Below are positions 34,516 through 43,954 of a stretch of DNA of 64,000 nt, piece after piece. Below the pieces are notes generated by a model. The model was given only the letters and a program-made list of their open reading frames with translations. It ran no database searches and was not told the DNA's origin. Position numbers and translations under genes: made by a program. Source of the DNA: a virus (lineage: Duplodnaviria; Caudoviricetes); the IMG/VR virus record IMGVR_UViG_3300021400_000034, positions 128,001 through 192,000 of that record. One strand, written 5' to 3'. Positions within the stretch are counted from its first letter, which is position 1; every line of letters begins with the position of its first letter.

Positions 34516-36394
34516 GTCATACGACGCTAACGCGATCGAGGCGCTGCAGTACCCAGAGAACGTCAGAAAGCGTCCGGACATGTACATGGGCGCTACTACG
34601 GGAAAGTTCGCTCCAGCGCTCTACAGGTGCCTCAGAGAGATCCTAGACAACTCGCTCGACGAGTACCTGTGCGGTCACAACGACAAGGTCTACGTGTTCT
34701 ACGACACTAAGACAGCCGTCTGCACAGTCATCGACAACGGACGAGGCATTCCGACTGAGATAAACGAGAAGACTGGAAAGTCTGCTCTATTCCTCGTGTT
34801 CGGACAGCTTCACGCTGGCGGAAAGTTCGACCAAGACGCTTACAAGATCTCTGCAGGTAAGAACGGAATCGGTAACAAGGGAACTAACGCTCTGTCTGAG
34901 TGGCTAGTCGCTTTCTCGAACAACAACCGCTCTAAGGCATGGATGTGCCAGAAGTTCAAGAGAGGCATAGCAGTCGGCGGCGTCTCTGCTGCGGCTATTC
35001 CTCCGGAGTTCAAGAGCTGCGTAAAGAAGAACGGAACGATCGTCCAGTTCAAGCCCGATCCCGAGATCTTCAAGTCTGGAATCGAGATGGACATCGCACG
35101 CCTCAAGCGAGAGCTGAGAGACATTCAGTACCTGTGTCCTAAGCTTCACATCAAGCTCATCGTCGACGGACAAGAGACTGAGTACTACAGCGAGAGCGGT
35201 CTGACTGAGCTAGTCTGCGACGGAAAGCAGTACGAGTACGTCTTCTCTTACACGGAAGAGACTATCGACGCAGCTATCGCTTTCACTAAGAAGGACGGAT
35301 GCTCGTTCAAGTCATACGTCAACATCGTCTACACAGACATGGGCGGAACCCACTTGGCTGGTTTCAAGAAGATCATCTGCGACATCGTCAAAGAGAACTC
35401 TAAGAAGCCCATCGCTAACGACGACATTCTCGAAGGCATGGTAGGCGCTATCCACTACAAGATGTCGGAGCCTCAGTACCAGTCTCAGACGAAGAACGAG
35501 CTCACCTCGGCAGAGGCTAAGGATGACGTGATGAGGCTCTTAGAACAGCCTCTACGGCGCTTCTTCAAGAAGAACAAGAGTCTGCTAGACCGGATCGTCA
35601 AGTATGCTGAAGAGATGTACGCGAAGAAAGAGAAGATGAAGGCCGACAAGGACCTCTTGAAGGGCCTGAAGAACATCAACAACGCTGCACGCTATATCTC
35701 TGAGAAGTTCTCGGACGCCGACAGACGCAAGTACAGAAACGTGGACGACCTAGAGATGTTCGTCGTCGAGGGGGACTCTGCTGGTGGTCACTTCAAGCAA
35801 GCTCGTGAAGGATTCCAAGCCTGTCTGAAGCTTCGCGGAAAGATCATCAACGCCGCCAAGGCTACACAGACGCAGCTCTTCGGATCCACGAAGAAAGGAT
35901 CTGAGCAAGACGGCAACCGAGAGATCAAAGACTTGACGGCTGCGCTCGGCTGCGGAGTCCTAGACCAGTACAACGAGTCGAACTTGAGATTCGGAAAGCT
36001 GATCATACTGACTGACGCTGACCCTGACGGAAATCACATCACGAACCTCGTGCTAGCGTTTCTCATCAAGTACATGCCTGACCTAGTCAAGAACGGTCAC
36101 GTCTACACAGTGGACGCTCCTCTCTTCATGGCTAACGGCGCAAGCGCTAGAGCTTACGGAAACAGCAGAAACGAAGTAGAGAGGAAGATGAAGGAAGCGA
36201 AGTGCAAGCAGTACACGATCACTCGACTCAAAGGATGGGGAGAGTGCAACGCTGACGACTTGGCTACTCTCTGCATCTCTCCGAAGACGAGAAAGCTGAT
36301 CCGCATGAACTATGACGACAAGACCATCGAGACGCTAGAGCAGACGATGGCTGGAGACTCTGAGTTCAGAAAGGTTCTGCTCGACGTGAAGTAA
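34508..36394 (+). CDS. Type II topoisomerase B subunit (GyrB/ParE-like)
   Basis: VRKRPDMY, EILDNSLDE, HAGGKF, VEGDSAGG, LRGK, DADPDG. Confidence 0.93.
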   Translation: MAKSYDANAIEALQYPENVRKRPDMYMGATTGKFAPALYRCLREILDNSLDEYLCGHNDKVYVFYDTKTAVCTVIDNGRGIPTEINEKTGKSALFLVFGQLHAGGKFDQDAYKISAGKNGIGNKGTNALSEWLVAFSNNNRSKAWMCQKFKRGIAVGGVSAAAIPPEFKSCVKKNGTIVQFKPDPEIFKSGIEMDIARLKRELRDIQYLCPKLHIKLIVDGQETEYYSESGLTELVCDGKQYEYVFSYTEETIDAAIAFTKKDGCSFKSYVNIVYTDMGGTHLAGFKKIICDIVKENSKKPIANDDILEGMVGAIHYKMSEPQYQSQTKNELTSAEAKDDVMRLLEQPLRRFFKKNKSLLDRIVKYAEEMYAKKEKMKADKDLLKGLKNINNAARYISEKFSDADRRKYRNVDDLEMFVVEGDSAGGHFKQAREGFQACLKLRGKIINAAKATQTQLFGSTKKGSEQDGNREIKDLTAALGCGVLDQYNESNLRFGKLIILTDADPDGNHITNLVLAFLIKYMPDLVKNGHVYTVDAPLFMANGASARAYGNSRNEVERKMKEAKCKQYTITRLKGWGECNADDLATLCISPKTRKLIRMNYDDKTIETLEQTMAGDSEFRKVLLDVK

Positions 36395-36437
36395 CACAAA
36401 TATGGCGCTGTCAGTTCAGCGCCATTGTTGTATCTAC

Positions 36438-36698
36438 TCAGTCGTCGAACGCTAGGTCAGCAGACCACGGTCGGTTGAAGAAGTCGCAGCTCTTTCGTAT
36501 CAGTCCAGACGCTTTCTCTTCGCGAGTCATGCGGCGGTTCGGATTTGATTCAGCCTTCGCCGAGATGAACTCGAAGTTGCCGCGCATGCAGCACTGCTTC
36601 AAGAAGTACTCGTTGACTTCGTCATTTCCAGGAAGGCCGCATATAGTGAAGTACTTCTGGTCCTTCTTCGGCTCTTTGTATATGACAGACACCCACAT
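36438..36698 (-). CDS. Hypothetical early protein
   Basis: Own early promoter, AAGGAG SD. Confidence 0.65.
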   Translation of the reverse strand: MWVSVIYKEPKKDQKYFTICGLPGNDEVNEYFLKQCCMRGNFEFISAKAESNPNRRMTREEKASGLIRKSCDFFNRPWSADLAFDD

Positions 36699-36783
36699 AG
36701 ATTACTCCTTTTTGTTTGAGTTTACAGTGTAAATATAAGTAAATCTAGAGAAATCTAAACCCAAAAATCGGAGAAACTGAAAG

Positions 36784-37680
36784 ATGTTCCAAGGTGCAGA
36801 CAATATCAGGGGCCACAAAGAGAAAGTGGAGATGACGCCAGAGCAAGTCGAGGAGTACGCGAAGTGCCAGAACGACATATTCCACTTCGCTAAGTACTTC
36901 TACATCCTGACGCCGAAAGGCTCTAAGCCTATCCCTCTGCGTGAGTACCAGATCCGCGAGATCAAGACGCTGTGCGCTAAAGTCGAGGGCAAGAACAACC
37001 GAATCATCATGCAGGGTCGTCAGTCGGGAAAGACGACGATTGCGACACTGTATCTGACTTGGAAGGCTCTCTTCGAAGAGGACAAGACGATCGCTATCTT
37101 GGCTAACAAGCTCGCTCAGGCTCTAGAGATCATGGCCCGTATCAGAGACGCCTACATCAGACTCCCTCTATGGCTCCAGCAGGGAATCGATCCTCAGCGC
37201 GGAGGCTGGTCTAAGTCCTGCATAGGTCTCGACAACGGCACTAAGATCTTCGCTGCTGCTTCATCTACGAGCTCTATTCGTGGTAAGTCCGTCAACTACA
37301 TGCTCGTGGACGAGTTCGCTCACTTGGACGACTCGATCGCTGAAGACTTCATCCAGTCAGTCATGCCGGTGCAGACCTCTGACCCGGACGCTGAGCTGAT
37401 CCTCATCTCTACTCCTAATGGAATGAACCACTTCGCCGACATCTGGCAGAATGCTGTCGCTGGCGAGAATTCCTACATTCCGTGCAAAGTCCAGTGGTGG
37501 GAGATCGAAGGAAGAGACGAAGCTTGGAAGGCTAGAGTCATCAGAGACTATGGTGTTAAGCATTTTGCCCAAGAATATGCGTGTTGCGACAAAAATCAGA
37601 AAGTTAAGATAAGAAGAAACGGAATTGAGTCAATAGTTACGTTCGAAGAGCTACATTCTATCCTAGAACATGAGCTATAG
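36784..37680 (+). CDS. Terminase large subunit (gp17) ATPase half fused to a 32-aa N-intein
   Basis: GRQSGKTT, VDEFAH, ISTPNG, FAQEYA then C-start intein block. Confidence 0.88.
   Translation: MFQGADNIRGHKEKVEMTPEQVEEYAKCQNDIFHFAKYFYILTPKGSKPIPLREYQIREIKTLCAKVEGKNNRIIMQGRQSGKTTIATLYLTWKALFEEDKTIAILANKLAQALEIMARIRDAYIRLPLWLQQGIDPQRGGWSKSCIGLDNGTKIFAAASSTSSIRGKSVNYMLVDEFAHLDDSIAEDFIQSVMPVQTSDPDAELILISTPNGMNHFADIWQNAVAGENSYIPCKVQWWEIEGRDEAWKARVIRDYGVKHFAQEYACCDKNQKVKIRRNGIESIVTFEELHSILEHEL
37582..37680 (+). mobile_element. Atypical short split intein N-fragment
   Basis: CCDKNQKVKIRRNGIESIVTFEELH... at the QE(Y/F)x|C TerL insertion site. Confidence 0.7.
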
Positions 37681-37786
37681 TCATAAAAATCAGCATAAAA
37701 TCACATAAAAGTCAAATTTTTCTATATTCAAAATTGTAAATATCATATAAAATGGGTATGAACACTTTGAATAAGGAAATAAGACA

Positions 37787-39196
37787 ATGTTAGAGTGCAA
37801 GATATGCGGCAAGGATGACTTCGAAAAGATAACAGCTCTCACAACGCACATTCAGTTTCACCATAAGGAGTACACAGCTCAGAGCTACTATGACGAGTTC
37901 TTGAAGAAACCTGGAGAGGGAATCTGTCATACTTGCGGAGGTCCGACTCCTTTCCGAGGTCTCATCAAAGGATATCAGAAGTACTGCTCCAACAAGTGCG
38001 TATGGCAGGATCCAGAGGTCAAAGCTAAGCGTGCAGAGAGCATATCGAAGCTAACAGAAGATCAAATACGTGAGTGGAGACAGAAGAACATAGAATCTCA
38101 TAAGAACGCTGACGGAAAGTGCATATCATACGAAGAGCTAGAGAAGCGAAAGAAGATCAGCGAAGATTCATTCAAGAAATACTTCGAGAAAGCTGACTGC
38201 GAATTCATCAGCTACGAGCAGACAGAGAAGCAGCCAGTCACCTTCAGATGCAACAAGTGCGGAAACGAAGCGACATACGTCAGATCTCTCGTCGACCGCA
38301 TGGCTCGAAACGAAGACTACGGGATATGTCACTTCTGCAACAACAGAAAGTCTGTCAGCACCCCTGAGCGTGAGCTGAGAAAGTTCTTGACTGACAACTA
38401 TCAAGGAAAGATCCTGCTAAACGACAGAAAGATCCTCGTTGGAAAAGAGCTCGACATAGTCATTCCAGAGGCTAAGCTCGCTATCGAGTACGACGGATTC
38501 TACTGGCACAACGAGAATTCTGTATCAGCCAAATATCACCTAGAGAAGACTGAAGCATGCGAAGCTGCTGGATATAGGCTCATACACATATTCGAAGACG
38601 AGTGGAAGCAGAAGCGTTCGATAGTCGAGAGTAGACTCAGAGGAATTCTCGGCTTGAACGAGAGAGTCTACGCTAGAAAGACTGAATGCCGAGAGGTGAG
38701 CTACGAGGAGAGCAGAGAGTTCCTTGAAGAGAATCACATTCAGGGAAGCTGCATGTCAAAGTGGAGATACGGTCTCTTCTACAATGATCAGCTAGTCGCC
38801 GTGATGACGTTCGGAAAGAGCCGATTCGAAGACGGATTTGAGCTGTTGAGATTCTGCAACAAGTTGAACTTGAATGTCGTAGGAGGCGCTGGAAAGCTGC
38901 TGGCTCGTTTCAGAGCTGATCATCCGGAGATAGAGAAGATAGTAAGCTACGCAGACAGACGCTGGTCTATTGGTGGTCTGTACGAGAAGCTGAGATTCAG
39001 GCTAGTGCAGAAGACAGATCCGTCATACTTCTACATAGTGAACCATCAGAGAAAGTCGAGACTTCAGTTCCAGAAGCACAAGCTCGTCGCCGAAGGCGCT
39101 GATCCCTCTCTGTCTGAGCACGAGATAATGAAGCAGAAGAAGTGTCCACGCATATACGACTGCGGGACACTGAAGTACGAGTTGAGTAGAAGCTAA
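37787..39196 (+). CDS. Hef-like homing endonuclease
   Basis: Zn fingers, ELDI..P..LAIEYDG.YWH, LIHIFEDEW, YADRRWS, IYDCG. Confidence 0.8.
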   Translation: MLECKICGKDDFEKITALTTHIQFHHKEYTAQSYYDEFLKKPGEGICHTCGGPTPFRGLIKGYQKYCSNKCVWQDPEVKAKRAESISKLTEDQIREWRQKNIESHKNADGKCISYEELEKRKKISEDSFKKYFEKADCEFISYEQTEKQPVTFRCNKCGNEATYVRSLVDRMARNEDYGICHFCNNRKSVSTPERELRKFLTDNYQGKILLNDRKILVGKELDIVIPEAKLAIEYDGFYWHNENSVSAKYHLEKTEACEAAGYRLIHIFEDEWKQKRSIVESRLRGILGLNERVYARKTECREVSYEESREFLEENHIQGSCMSKWRYGLFYNDQLVAVMTFGKSRFEDGFELLRFCNKLNLNVVGGAGKLLARFRADHPEIEKIVSYADRRWSIGGLYEKLRFRLVQKTDPSYFYIVNHQRKSRLQFQKHKLVAEGADPSLSEHEIMKQKKCPRIYDCGTLKYELSRS

Positions 39197-39295
39197 AGCC
39201 TTGATGGGCACCAGTTGGTCAAGATCAGAAGAGACGGAGTGGAGTGCGTAGTCTCGATGGAGGAATTGGCTAGCATGCTTGAGCACCAGCTCTAG
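39197..39295 (+). pseudogene. Displaced second copy of the N-intein coding segment
   Basis: SLDGHQLVKIRRDGVECVVSMEELASMLEHQL* aligns gap-free to the terminase C-terminal 32 aa. Confidence 0.75.
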
Positions 39296-39607
39296 TTAGT
39301 TTCCGTGGTCCGCAGAGTCATCAGTGTTTCCGTTGTCACGTTCAGGTTCTGCCGGATCGTAGGTGATCGTGTAGATAGCGATCACAGTGTCGTACCTGCC
39401 GTTGTTGTGTCGGTTGAGTGTGTAAGTCGTGATCTTGATGTCGTGAATGACAGCAGGTTTGTTCTTCTCGATCCACTTGTTCAGCTTCCGGTCGATCTCT
39501 TTCTCCGTCACTGGAATCGCCTTGGGATTGTAGCTACCCGGGTCGTAGTTGTACACGAGGTTTCCGCCGAAGTTGGAAAGTAGGAACTGGAAAGTCTTGA
39601 TTTTCAT
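39296..39607 (-). CDS. Hypothetical early protein
   Basis: Own early promoter, AAGGACC RBS. Confidence 0.7.
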   Translation of the reverse strand: MKIKTFQFLLSNFGGNLVYNYDPGSYNPKAIPVTEKEIDRKLNKWIEKNKPAVIHDIKITTYTLNRHNNGRYDTVIAIYTITYDPAEPERDNGNTDDSADHGN

Positions 39608-39680
39608 GTTGTTGGTCCTTGTTGATTGTTTTTACGTAGTAAATATAAGAAAATCTGAGAGAAATCTAAACCCCTAAAAT

Positions 39681-40130
39681 TCATTTAATGAGAAATTTCG
39701 ACTTTCGATCTTTCTTGCTCTTCCAAGTCTCTACATCCCATTCGAAGATGTCTGAGTTGACGAAGTTATGCTTTACGATATCTCTGACATCTTCGTCCGT
39801 GAAGTTCTTCATGAACTTGATGATGCGCTGTTGAGCGTATCTGTGAGTCGGCGGATCTAGCTCTACGCCGTAAGTGTTCTTGAGCGCAGTGATTGGATCT
39901 TGTCCGTGCTCTACGATCCTGCGGTACAGCATAGCGATCACGATGTTGCCAGCACCCATCGTCGGATCTAGCATAGTCTTTGACGGATCGTTCCAGTTAG
40001 CGATAGGCCACTTGTCCATCATCTTAGCGATCGTGTCGTATGGAGTCCATACCTGGCCGAGCTTCTGACGCTCCTTCTTGTCAGCGTGCTCATAGTGATT
40101 GAAGTCATTGTCGTAATCGTATATGCTCAT
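39681..40130 (-). CDS. DNA methyltransferase fragment (SAM-binding motifs X/I/II)
   Basis: GQVWTP, MLDPTMGAGN, YGVELD. Confidence 0.8.
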   Translation of the reverse strand: MSIYDYDNDFNHYEHADKKERQKLGQVWTPYDTIAKMMDKWPIANWNDPSKTMLDPTMGAGNIVIAMLYRRIVEHGQDPITALKNTYGVELDPPTHRYAQQRIIKFMKNFTDEDVRDIVKHNFVNSDIFEWDVETWKSKKDRKSKFLIK

Positions 40131-41188
40131 TTTCCAAGTTCCTTTACAGTGTCATGTAGGATCTTCTGCTCTTCTTCTGTGATGTCGAACAGGTTGAAGA
40201 GATCTTCGTCTGTCCAAGAACGTCTGTAGTCGGACATGTAAGGAATGTATGCAAGCGGGACGTGAAAGTCCCGCTTGATCGTGAGACCCAAAAACTTAAT
40301 GAAGTCCGTCTGCATATAGTTGAAGAAATTCTCGGCTTCTTCCTGGGTGTTGAAGTTCAAGCCACCAACCTTCTTAGCATTCTCGTCGAATGCTAGATTA
40401 TGATCAGGTGACAAGAATATATGCCAGTCATTCTGATGTTTATGACCATGAATATCACTAAATCTCATGAAAGGAATACTCATATCTAGTTCATCTCGGT
40501 CAAGATAGTGATCTGCTACTGAGTCATATAATCCATCTATCACTTTATCTACTACTTTCTCAATGAACCACTCGTTCGCATATAACTGCTTCGGATCAAA
40601 GTCTACTGTATTCTCTTCAGTTAGATGATATACTGCTAGATCAGTTGGTATTCTAGCGCCTTTCTTCTTAGAGTCTTTCTCAGTGTTTCCTTCGAAAATC
40701 TTTATAGCTTCAGCTGCTCCAACTACTTCGGCTTCTTTCAGCTTAGTCAAGATAGTGTCTTTGTACTTCAGCAGATCAGAAGTCTTCTTGTACTTAGCTA
40801 ACGGATCTTGAAGCCATCGAACAGGACTGATCCATACGATCTCTCTAGCGTAAGGAAGCAGGTGTTCAAGAATCTTCAAGTGAAGTGAACGGTCATAAGG
40901 AGGATTGCCAACGATCAAGTCGAATTTCATACCAGTGATCTCCTTCGTGTAGTCGCCTTTGTAGTCGACCAAGTGGACGGAGTCGTCCATTCCGAAATTT
41001 ACATTATTTAGAGGAGACACCATTTCTAAGAAGTCATAGTAGCACTGATGATCATCCGTGAGATAAGTGACAGAGTTATTTTGAGACAGCTTTAAAGCGA
41101 GCTGAAAGTCGTTCACGACCAAGATCTTCTTGTCGGTTACGTTATCAGTGTATTTAGCAGCCCAGTTCTTGTTCCAGCGATATGCCAT
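40127..41188 (-). CDS. Amino-methyltransferase catalytic part (Eco57I-like, NPPY + TRD)
   Basis: KFDLIVGNPPY, ISP.RW; lacks motif I. Confidence 0.78.
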   Translation of the reverse strand: MAYRWNKNWAAKYTDNVTDKKILVVNDFQLALKLSQNNSVTYLTDDHQCYYDFLEMVSPLNNVNFGMDDSVHLVDYKGDYTKEITGMKFDLIVGNPPYDRSLHLKILEHLLPYAREIVWISPVRWLQDPLAKYKKTSDLLKYKDTILTKLKEAEVVGAAEAIKIFEGNTEKDSKKKGARIPTDLAVYHLTEENTVDFDPKQLYANEWFIEKVVDKVIDGLYDSVADHYLDRDELDMSIPFMRFSDIHGHKHQNDWHIFLSPDHNLAFDENAKKVGGLNFNTQEEAENFFNYMQTDFIKFLGLTIKRDFHVPLAYIPYMSDYRRSWTDEDLFNLFDITEEEQKILHDTVKELGK

Positions 41189-41276
41189 AGCCTTCTCCAG
41201 TGATAGTTGTGATTTCTCCAATAATATAAGAAAATTCTGGATTTCTCTAAACCCAAAATTTGAGAAAATCTTAATT

Positions 41277-42062
41277 TTATTGCTTCATGAGTTCAAGCGA
41301 AGCTTCCCAGAAAGACTTGTTAGGGACAGCGCCTTTTCCGAGCGCCTGGAACAGAGTCCAGCTGTCGATGACGATCACGTCAGGGAACTTCTTACTGAGA
41401 AATTCCCTGACGATGTTGTCAGTGAAGAGTACGCCAGAAGGGCAGTCTAGAGCTGCTAGAGCTGATTCTGGATCCTTCTTCTTGAGTTCCTTGACGACTT
41501 CACGGCTAGCGCTCTGAAGCTTCAGGAAAGCCTCAAATTCCTTGATTTCTTCGATCGTCTTATGCTTAGCGTTGACAGGGATCTTGATGCAGTAAGTCGG
41601 TTCAGTTAACCATGCATCCACGCCCTTGAAGTCCCAGTCTCCTCCGTTGACCTCTTCGTATCCAGTGAACTGCTGCAGTCTAGGGTCTCGCACATTAGCA
41701 TGTGCAAAGTAGCACTGCATGACTGCTTCGAAAAGATTTCCTACATACTTCAATCGAAGATCGAAGAAGTATTCGTCGATATTGACGATATTGATCTTCT
41801 TGTTGTCCTTGATAGCAGTCTCGATGTCCTTCTCCGACGAGATAGCGAGAAACTTGGTCTTGTACGCTTCATAGAACTTCTTTCCGAATTCGTTGATCGT
41901 ATTTCGGAGATACTCTGGATTGTCGTATTCAATGCAACCATTTTGAGTCATGTGTTCGAAGAAGTCCAAGTATGCACGGTTGTAGTCGAACTGAGAGTCG
42001 TCCATGACAGTATTTGGCTCGAGCACTGCAGTCATCGCTTTGTGGGTGAATAAGTGGTTCAT
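41277..42062 (-). CDS. Putative PD-(D/E)xK-like endonuclease subunit
   Basis: GNLFEA...D.KGVDA...NAK pattern; context. Confidence 0.4.
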   Translation of the reverse strand: MNHLFTHKAMTAVLEPNTVMDDSQFDYNRAYLDFFEHMTQNGCIEYDNPEYLRNTINEFGKKFYEAYKTKFLAISSEKDIETAIKDNKKINIVNIDEYFFDLRLKYVGNLFEAVMQCYFAHANVRDPRLQQFTGYEEVNGGDWDFKGVDAWLTEPTYCIKIPVNAKHKTIEEIKEFEAFLKLQSASREVVKELKKKDPESALAALDCPSGVLFTDNIVREFLSKKFPDVIVIDSWTLFQALGKGAVPNKSFWEASLELMKQ

Positions 42063-42124
42063 GATTGGTCCTTTTGTTGAAGTTTCTCTTATAATATAAG
42101 TAATTTCAAGAGAAATCTAAATCC

Positions 42125-43762
42125 TTATTTAGAGAAAAGCTCTTCTTTTACCCAAGTTTTCAGAGAATTAAATACTTCCTTTGAGAAGTGATCGAATTCG
42201 TCACGTGCGAAGAGGGTCCATACCTTACCGATCTCTTGGCCAGCTCTCCACATCTTCCAGGCTTCGTCCTTGAAGTCATCGGAAGCGATCTCTCTCGCGT
42301 TGTCGGTATTGTACTCATCTACTGCCCTTACTACTGCGTTCTTGTAACGGAAGGCGATAGGAACGACGGATTTGAGCATGCTGATGTCGACTTCTTCAGT
42401 CTCCGTCTCTTTTCCAGCGCCAGTCTCGATGCCGTCTCCGAAGTCGATCATGTTCTCGAATCCGTTGACCATCTTGTCGAGGAATTCGTGAATCTGCTCG
42501 TCAGAGTCAGCAGTGACATAGATGTTGAACTTCTCTTTCCCAGGAGCAGTTCTGTCTCCACGGCAGATCGCCTGATAGAGATTGTTCTCACGCTTGTCGC
42601 AGAGAATGCATACGCCGTTGATAGACTTGATGTCTATTCCCTCTTGGATCTTGTAAGCAGAGAGAATGATTGTGTGCTTCTTGGAGTCTTTGATCTTCTC
42701 GAGGACTGCTCTGTCGTCGAGCTTCTCTCCGTTGAAGCTAGAGGATATGTCCTTCTTGTTTACTGGTTCGCCATGCAGATTCTTCACTGCCACTTCTTTC
42801 TCGGAAGCCAAGATAGCTACATCCATCTTGTCTACTGGATAGACCTTGCGAATTGTGCTCTCGTAGTTTCCGAGATAGTCGATGCTGTTGTCGAATACGA
42901 CTTCGACAGCTCGACCGCTGTTTCCGAGCCTTCTAGAGCTCTCGGCTTCGTTCACGTGATGCTTGATGCTAGCCATGATAGAAGTAGCTTTGTCTTTCTC
43001 TTTCTTCTTGTTGGTCTTCGAGACCAGATAGAGAGACGGTCTGACGACAACGCCGTCAGCGATAGCCCGACGGAATCCATAAGAGATTCTCTTCGTAGAG
43101 CAGAGCTCTGCTAATCTCTTAGACGGAGTAGCAGTGTAAGCGACGAAAGCGTTGCTCATATTCTTCAATTCACGAAGAACCGAGAGATCTATGTCTTTGT
43201 GGGCTTCATCTACGATGGTGAGATCGAAAGTGACTTCATGTCCGTTCTTCGTGCGATGAGAGGCCAGATTCATTATTCTGGACTCGACTTGACGAGCAGC
43301 GTTTTCGAAGTCCAGGTTGACTGATTTGTCGCAGGCTAAGATGATGTTGTGCTTGTTCGAATTGAGCTTGTTGGAGATTCCGCAGCCTGTAGACATAGCC
43401 ATGTCGAACTTAGCGTCTCCGAGCTCCCTAGAAGACATATCGAGAACGTTGAAGCGCTCTTCGAAGTCTTTGATCTTCGCTCTGCATTCATCGACTAGCT
43501 GCTCGTTGAGAAGAAGACGTGGCGAGGAGAGGAGAATCATCGCCTTCTTTCCCTCGGCTTCTCTCTGACGAGCCACGTAGTCGATAGTCAAGTGCTGAAC
43601 CGTAGTCTTGCCAGAACCGCAGGTAGCATCGACCAAGACAGAGATTCTCGGCTTAGCCATCAGCTGATCCAAGCTCTTCAACGCCTGAAGCTGCCAGTCA
43701 CGAAGCTTAATAGAGTTGTGTATTTCGTAGTCGGCGATGACGGTTTCAAGAATGTTTTTCAT
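42125..43762 (-). CDS. SF2 helicase (ResIII/DEAD-like)
   Basis: LRDWQ, ATCGSGKT, VDEAH, TATP, EGID, QAICRGDR. Confidence 0.85.
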   Translation of the reverse strand: MKNILETVIADYEIHNSIKLRDWQLQALKSLDQLMAKPRISVLVDATCGSGKTTVQHLTIDYVARQREAEGKKAMILLSSPRLLLNEQLVDECRAKIKDFEERFNVLDMSSRELGDAKFDMAMSTGCGISNKLNSNKHNIILACDKSVNLDFENAARQVESRIMNLASHRTKNGHEVTFDLTIVDEAHKDIDLSVLRELKNMSNAFVAYTATPSKRLAELCSTKRISYGFRRAIADGVVVRPSLYLVSKTNKKKEKDKATSIMASIKHHVNEAESSRRLGNSGRAVEVVFDNSIDYLGNYESTIRKVYPVDKMDVAILASEKEVAVKNLHGEPVNKKDISSSFNGEKLDDRAVLEKIKDSKKHTIILSAYKIQEGIDIKSINGVCILCDKRENNLYQAICRGDRTAPGKEKFNIYVTADSDEQIHEFLDKMVNGFENMIDFGDGIETGAGKETETEEVDISMLKSVVPIAFRYKNAVVRAVDEYNTDNAREIASDDFKDEAWKMWRAGQEIGKVWTLFARDEFDHFSKEVFNSLKTWVKEELFSK

Positions 43763-43954
43763 AGTTCCGGTCCTTGTTTTGAGTTTTACAAGTAAAATAT
43801 AAGTATATTTTTGAGAAATCTAAACCCTAAAATTGAGAAAATCCCAATCCGTCGTGCACCATATATGAGCACTATCTCACGAAATCTACAAAGGACATAT
43901 TTTACTATTATTTGACTATCTTCCAAACTATGGAAGAGAAGGAAAGTTACAAAT

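Noticed and set aside
42188-43114. 308-aa plus-strand ORF and similar long antisense ORFs (25832, 31655, 53200)
   Set aside because: Antisense shadows of strongly codon-biased real genes
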